The notes below the pieces were generated by a model, which was given only the letters and a program-made list of their open reading frames with translations, was not told the origin of the DNA and made no database searches. A DNA stretch of 64,000 nucleotides, taken from the NCBI GenBank assembly GCA_036267355.1, contig DATAWG010000099.1, positions 90,393 to 154,392 on the forward strand, in the 5' to 3' direction. The first letter of the stretch is position 1, and the number at the start of each line of letters is the position of its first letter. The stretch is from Pirellulales bacterium (GTDB lineage: Bacteria; Planctomycetota; Planctomycetia; Pirellulales; DATAWG01). Made by a program: the position numbers and the translations under genes. Positions 59,655 to 64,000 of this stretch are shown piece after piece.

Positions 59655-59850
59655 GTCTGATGCGTAAGCGAGGCTAAGCTAGCCAGATGCGTTCGCGAGG
59701 CAGAGGATGCCTCAATCCTCGCTGACGCTTCGGGTTAGTGTGCCGCGTGGCACTCGGCCAATCCTCGCTGACGCTTCGGGTTAGTGTGCCGTGTGGCACT
59801 CGGCCAATCCTCGCTGACGCTTCGGGCTAGTGTGCCGCGTGGCACTCGGC
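59655..59850. repeat. Family B-derived array: degenerate palindrome arms followed by 3 tandem copies of a 47-bp unit (caatcctcgctgacgcttcgggttagtgtgccgcgtggcactcggc)
   Basis: Tandem copies occur at about 59712, 59759 and 59806 with 1-2 substitutions (gttag/gctag; gcgtgg/gtgtgg). Each unit carries the CTCGCTGACGCTTCGGG arm plus a gtgtgcc/ggcac mini-palindrome. There are no unique spacers, so it is not CRISPR. Confidence 0.75.
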
Positions 59851-59934
59851 CTCGTCTGCGAATCGCTCGTGACTTCGGTAGTCACGAACTCGACCGCGAC
59901 TGCCGTTGCTCGGCGCAACAGGATAAGAAATAGA

Positions 59935-61443
59935 ATGACTCTTGGCGGCGGAATGTTGCTCGCAGCGCTCGGCACCTGGCTGACGCCCCCTTGGCTGTTG
60001 GGCGTCGGCGCGGCGATTGGCCTGCTTGTGCTGGCGATCGGTTATGGCATTGCCATGGGTGTTTCGCGTCGGTCTGGCCTGTTTCTACATGATGCCTTAC
60101 GCGAAGGCTTCTTGCGGCCGGTGTTGATCGTGGCCTGTGTGCTTGCGGTCATCGCGCTGGCGGCTTCGCCCGTGGTGCCGGTCAAAGATTTGATCCGCTC
60201 GATCACACGGCTGCCGCACTCCGGGAAAATCGCCCTCGCGGAAACGATTGCTCCGGGCGCCCAGGATCAGCGAGTGGCGCTCGACATCCGCCCGGCCGAG
60301 TTGAAATCGCTGCACATCGACAGCGATGAGGATGTGAAAATCTCGTTGATGCAGTTCGGCATCATCAAGCAGGCCCAGCAAGGGCATATCGAGATTACGG
60401 CCGGCGAGCCCTACGATTGGTCGCGCGCCAACAGCGAAAACAATCTTTTCTACGGGGAACGAAGCGATGAATCGATGATGAGCATTCGCAACTTGAGCGA
60501 CAAGCCGGCCCATCTTCAGTTCACCGGCATGACGAGCGAGGAATTTCCGGCCGTGCAAACCGTGCCGCAAACGGCAGCGGCCCTGGTGGGGCTCGTGCTG
60601 TTGTTCCTGTTGTTCAAGGCGCTGGCGCCGAAAATTGCCGCCGTGGCTTTGGCAACCGCGCGCGAAGTGACAGTGCAGCCGCTATTTCAGATCGTGGCCG
60701 TCGTCGGAGCCTTTGCCCTGCTGGTGGTCATCTATATTCCCGGGAATACGTTTGGCGAAGACGTGAAGATGCTCAAATCGAGCGACGTCACGCTGATCAA
60801 GATCCTCTCGGTGATCGTGGCGCTGTGGGCGGCCAGTGAATCGGTCTCCGGCGAACTCGAAGGCCGCACGGCCATGACCGTGCTATCGAAGCCGATCGGC
60901 CGGCGACAATTCTTGATCGGCAAATTCGTGGGCATCATCTTGCCGGTGGCCCTGCTGTTCTTGATCCTGGGCTCGGCGTTTCTGCTCACGGTTTCCTACA
61001 AAGTGGTTTACGATGCCCGCGAATCGGCGAAGCTCGAGCCGAACTGGATCGAATGTTATCAGGCGATGATCACGTCGGTGCCGGTGCTGGTGCTGGCGTT
61101 TTTCGAGGCCGTCGCGCTGGCCGCCTTGAGCGTGGCCATCTCGACGCGGCTATCGGCCTTGGCGACGCTGATCATCTGTTGCTCGGTGTACGTGCTCGGG
61201 CACTTGGTGCCGATGCTGGTGGCGTCGAGCGCGAGCGACAGTTACGGATTTATCAATTTTACCGGTCAATTATTTTCTGCCGTGTTGCCGGTGCTCGACC
61301 ATTTCGAGAGCGAAGCGGCTGTGGCAACCGATGCCGCCATCCCGCTGGTGTACATTGCTTGGGCCGGCCTCTATTGCCTTCTCTACAGCACGGTGGCTAT
61401 GCTCGTCGGTTTGACTCTTTTCGAAGACCGCGATCTGGCCTGA
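59935..61443 (+). CDS. ABC-2 family transporter permease (about 10 TM, with large extracytoplasmic loop)
   Basis: ATG 59935 (MTLGGGMLLAALGTWL...). Multiple TM helices; the C-terminal half (LSKPIGRRQFLIGKFVGIILPVALLFLILGSAFLL ... ICCSVYVLGHLVPMLVAS) matches the ABC-2 permease pattern. The upstream track codons run through the repeat array. Confidence 0.7.
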   Translation: MTLGGGMLLAALGTWLTPPWLLGVGAAIGLLVLAIGYGIAMGVSRRSGLFLHDALREGFLRPVLIVACVLAVIALAASPVVPVKDLIRSITRLPHSGKIALAETIAPGAQDQRVALDIRPAELKSLHIDSDEDVKISLMQFGIIKQAQQGHIEITAGEPYDWSRANSENNLFYGERSDESMMSIRNLSDKPAHLQFTGMTSEEFPAVQTVPQTAAALVGLVLLFLLFKALAPKIAAVALATAREVTVQPLFQIVAVVGAFALLVVIYIPGNTFGEDVKMLKSSDVTLIKILSVIVALWAASESVSGELEGRTAMTVLSKPIGRRQFLIGKFVGIILPVALLFLILGSAFLLTVSYKVVYDARESAKLEPNWIECYQAMITSVPVLVLAFFEAVALAALSVAISTRLSALATLIICCSVYVLGHLVPMLVASSASDSYGFINFTGQLFSAVLPVLDHFESEAAVATDAAIPLVYIAWAGLYCLLYSTVAMLVGLTLFEDRDLA

Positions 61444-61520
61444 TGCGAGCAGCCTGTTGAAGACATCTTGCCGCCGGATGGCGTCTGCCATCCTCTGTGG
61501 GCAACCCACCGCGGGGCGCA

Positions 61521-61547
61521 GAAGGCACACGGAGAGTGCCTGCTACG
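61521..61547. repeat. Family A half-element (gaaggcacacggagagtgcctgctacg)
   Basis: Matches the right arm GGCACACGGAGTGTGCCTGCTACG with one mismatch. No left arm nearby. Confidence 0.55.
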
Positions 61548-61674
61548 ATGACGGGGCCGAAGCCAGCTAGTTGCAGTCGCCGGATTGCTTGCGCGGCCGT
61601 CTCCAAGCAGAATGTCAGAGAGTCGCTGCGTTGACCGCTGGCCTTGATCCCGACATCTCTTCTCCGCTTGCTTC

Positions 61675-63630
61675 ATGCAGAAATTTGGCTGGAACTCGTT
61701 CCACCGCACCCGGCGATTTGCGTCTCCATCGAGCGGCGCGAAATTTCGCCTGGCGGCGGCAAGCGTTGCCGCGGCGGTGATGCTCGTCCTGCTGTTGATG
61801 TTGCTCTCGGCATTGGCCGACTTGCTGGTCACTCGCGGAAGCTTGGAAGTATTTCCAGGCGAGCGGGCCGAGGCGCCCGCAGCGGCAGGCAACCCCGATC
61901 AGATCGGCCCGACAGTCGAATATCGCGATCGCGGCCTGCTGCCGCTCGTTTGGCGGTTGCGTGGGACGATGCTTGGTTCGTTCGCCGAGTGGTCCTACGA
62001 TCATTGGTATGCTCTACGATCGAACTCGAAATGCCTGCTGGCGTTGATTGTCGTGGGTTGGAGTTTGGCGCTGGCGTATGGATTATCGCGCTACGGTTTG
62101 GAGCGCTGGGCGCAAACGGCAACGCTCGATGTCGTGCGGCGGTTGCGAAATGACCTGTTTCAACATTCGACGCGGCTTGGGGCGGGCGATTTGCTGCTCG
62201 GACAGCGGCAAAATGTCGTCGAGTTGTTCGTCGAGCGCATCGAAACGTTCGCCACCGGATTGGTCGCGTGGTATCGCGCGGTGCCGCATGCGGTATTAGT
62301 GTTGGTGCCGTTGGCAATCGTCGCGCTGTGGGTGGATCCTTTCTTGGCGCTCGCGATTATTCTGCTGGCGGCGTTGAGCCGGCTGATGTTCAACGCGCTT
62401 CGAATTCGCTCTCAGCAGCGCGATAAATATTGGGGCGATCGAGCGGCGCAACAGCGGGCCACCCTGGTTGAAGATCTGCGGCAGGTGCGATTGCTGGCCA
62501 ATTTTGCGCCGATCGCCGATCAGGTCGGTCCGTCGTTCGAAACGCGATTAAACCAAGCGCATGCGGCCGCGGTTCGCCAGCACACGAGCCGGGCAGCCAC
62601 TTGGCCAAGCGTCATCGTGTTCATTCTTGCCGGCGTGGGACTGAGCCTTTTGGTCTGCGGATGGAATGTGTTGCACGAGCCGCCGCGGCTTTCGCTTTCA
62701 GGCACGGTGTTGATGAGCGGCGCGCTGCTGGCGGCCGTATTTCCGATTTGGACGTTGCGGCAATTGTCCACGGCCCTCTCGACTGCCGAACCGGCCGCGG
62801 CGGAAATCATGGCTTATTTAGAGCGGCAACCCGCCGTGGGGCAAGTCCCCGAGGCCAAACCGCTAACGCGGCCGAGCCGCGATTTGGCGCTCGCCGGCGT
62901 TACGCTGGCCGCCGTGCGCGGGCATCGGCTTTTGGACGACGTTTCACTGACGATTCCATGCGGCAGCAGTATGGGAATTCTCGCCTCGGATCATGAAACG
63001 CCGCTGGCGATGGCCGGCCTTTTGGCCCGATTCTACGATCCCACCGCGGGCCGTGTTTTGTTCGACGGCAAAGACATTGGCCGGGCGACGTTGGCGTCCG
63101 TCCGATCGCTGGTCAGCCTGTTGTTGCCCGATCGCTTTTTGGCAACCGGAACGGTGACGGAGAATTTGAGCTGCGGCGATGCGCGGATTTCCGCGGTCGA
63201 AGTTGCGGATGCCGCGCGGCAAGCCCATGCCTATGAATTCATTCAGCGGTTGCCGCAAGGATTCGATACGATCATCGGACCGCATGGCTTTCATCTCGCG
63301 CCGGCAGAGCAAATGCTGTTGGGCTGGGCGCGCGTCGTATTGCGGAATCCGGCAATCATCATCCTGGGAGAATGGAAACAAGAATTCGATGCGGCGATGA
63401 GCGAACAATTGGCTGCCGCCGCCGCCCGAGCGATCGCCGGCCGCACGGTAATCGTCTTGGCTCGACGGTTGCCCACGCTGCGCGCCGTGGAACGGATTCT
63501 GTTGTTCCACCAGGGAAAGCTGCACGGCGACGGTAGCCACATCGATCTGCTCGCGGAATCCGAGCTGTACCGGCACTTGAACTACGTGCGGTTCAATGAA
63601 TTTCGTAATCAAGTAAGCGGGGAGTGGTGA
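61675..63630 (+). CDS. ABC exporter-like fused TMD-NBD protein with degenerate (probably non-catalytic) nucleotide-binding domain
   Basis: N-terminal 6-TM exporter fold (LLALIVVGWSLALAYGL, VLVLVPLAIVALWVDPFLALAIILLAAL, VIVFILAGVGLSLLVCGW). In the C-terminal NBD-like region, the Walker A position reads GSSMGILASDHETPLAMAGLLARFYDPTAGRV (no GxxGxGKS/T), the signature position reads LAPAEQ instead of LSGGQ, and Walker B reads IIILGE. Confidence 0.65.
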   Translation: MQKFGWNSFHRTRRFASPSSGAKFRLAAASVAAAVMLVLLLMLLSALADLLVTRGSLEVFPGERAEAPAAAGNPDQIGPTVEYRDRGLLPLVWRLRGTMLGSFAEWSYDHWYALRSNSKCLLALIVVGWSLALAYGLSRYGLERWAQTATLDVVRRLRNDLFQHSTRLGAGDLLLGQRQNVVELFVERIETFATGLVAWYRAVPHAVLVLVPLAIVALWVDPFLALAIILLAALSRLMFNALRIRSQQRDKYWGDRAAQQRATLVEDLRQVRLLANFAPIADQVGPSFETRLNQAHAAAVRQHTSRAATWPSVIVFILAGVGLSLLVCGWNVLHEPPRLSLSGTVLMSGALLAAVFPIWTLRQLSTALSTAEPAAAEIMAYLERQPAVGQVPEAKPLTRPSRDLALAGVTLAAVRGHRLLDDVSLTIPCGSSMGILASDHETPLAMAGLLARFYDPTAGRVLFDGKDIGRATLASVRSLVSLLLPDRFLATGTVTENLSCGDARISAVEVADAARQAHAYEFIQRLPQGFDTIIGPHGFHLAPAEQMLLGWARVVLRNPAIIILGEWKQEFDAAMSEQLAAAAARAIAGRTVIVLARRLPTLRAVERILLFHQGKLHGDGSHIDLLAESELYRHLNYVRFNEFRNQVSGEW

Positions 63631-64000
63631 AGGCTCGAATGGCGGGCGACGCCACGTGGCGATTCAAGGGGGTCAGGCACATTTTCCGGCGGTGCGCCGA
63701 TCGGCGATTCAAAGGGGCTGAAAAGGTGTCAGGAACCGTTTTTTCCGCTTTCTGCCCCGCCGGCTTGCAAATGAACCGCTTTGTGGAGCGCGTCGGTCTC
63801 TGTTTCTTGGTTCGAGTGGTCATCCCAGTATCTCCTATTTGAGGGTTGGGCAAACTCCTCAATAGAAGCGCTGGGACGGTCCTTTTTCATTGATTTAAAG
63901 GATTTTGGGGACATACCAGGGGACGCAGCTCTTTTTCACGACTGATCGTCGGGCGGGTTCTTCGGCGGGCAACAGAAACGAGCTGCGTTCTGCTGCGTCC

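Noticed and set aside
59655-59850. Possible CRISPR array (regular about 47-bp repeats)
   Set aside because: The repeats are directly tandem with no unique spacers, the unit is related to the dispersed family B palindrome, and no cas genes are present.

Overview
High-GC (about 65-70%) chromosomal segment whose gene content points to a Planctomycetota (Pirellulales-like) genome. A DUF1559 / H-X9-DG prepilin-like protein, PEP-CTERM sorting signals, autotransporter-associated beta-strand repeats (PATR), NPCBM domains and the 'DPYYKWLGIPP' N-terminal motif all support that call. The left 10.4 kb is the 5' portion of one giant minus-strand gene. It has a signal peptide followed by more than 3400 aa of PATR/beta-helix repeats. 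It runs off the window edge, which is why no such ORF appears in the six-frame track, and it carries a roughly 1.6-kb internal duplication (copies about 3.18 kb apart). The remainder is mostly core housekeeping and envelope genes: a DUF1559 pseudopilin, an EPS-type sugar transferase, two paralogous S41 C-terminal processing peptidases, a POT transporter, an RND efflux pair, dapF, recG, ligA, tsaD, ppk1, a peroxiredoxin, a flavin reductase, an SPFH protein, a LysR-like regulator, acylphosphatase and an ABC-2 permease with a degenerate ABC partner. Accessory items are an arsR-regulated aquaglyceroporin::ArsC channel-enzyme fusion, a secreted protein built from about 12 tandem S-C-G-C repeats, a Tyr/Pro-rich secreted low-complexity protein, a frameshifted PATR+PEP-CTERM gene remnant, a PEP-CTERM protein, two adjacent NPCBM-domain proteins, and a small lower-GC islet (51.3-52.9 kb) with a tiny HTH/zinc-ribbon protein, a very acidic small protein and a 41-aa hydrophobic peptide. 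The main structure not explained by genes is three families of intergenic repeats. Family A is a long perfect palindrome (GTAGCAGGCACACTCCGTGTGCC...GGCACACGGAGTGTGCCTGCTAC; 4 full copies + 1 half). Family B is a palindrome (GCCCGAAGCGTTAGCGAGGG...CCCTCGCTAACGCTTCGGGC; 4 full copies, 1 half and a degenerate tandem array), once nested inside a family-A element. Family C is a telomere-like G-rich/C-rich pair (TTAGGGTGAGGGG / CCTCACCCTCGCCC) whose C-rich member sits directly against the start codon of at least five genes. No rRNA, tRNA, CRISPR, transposase or integrase was recognised.
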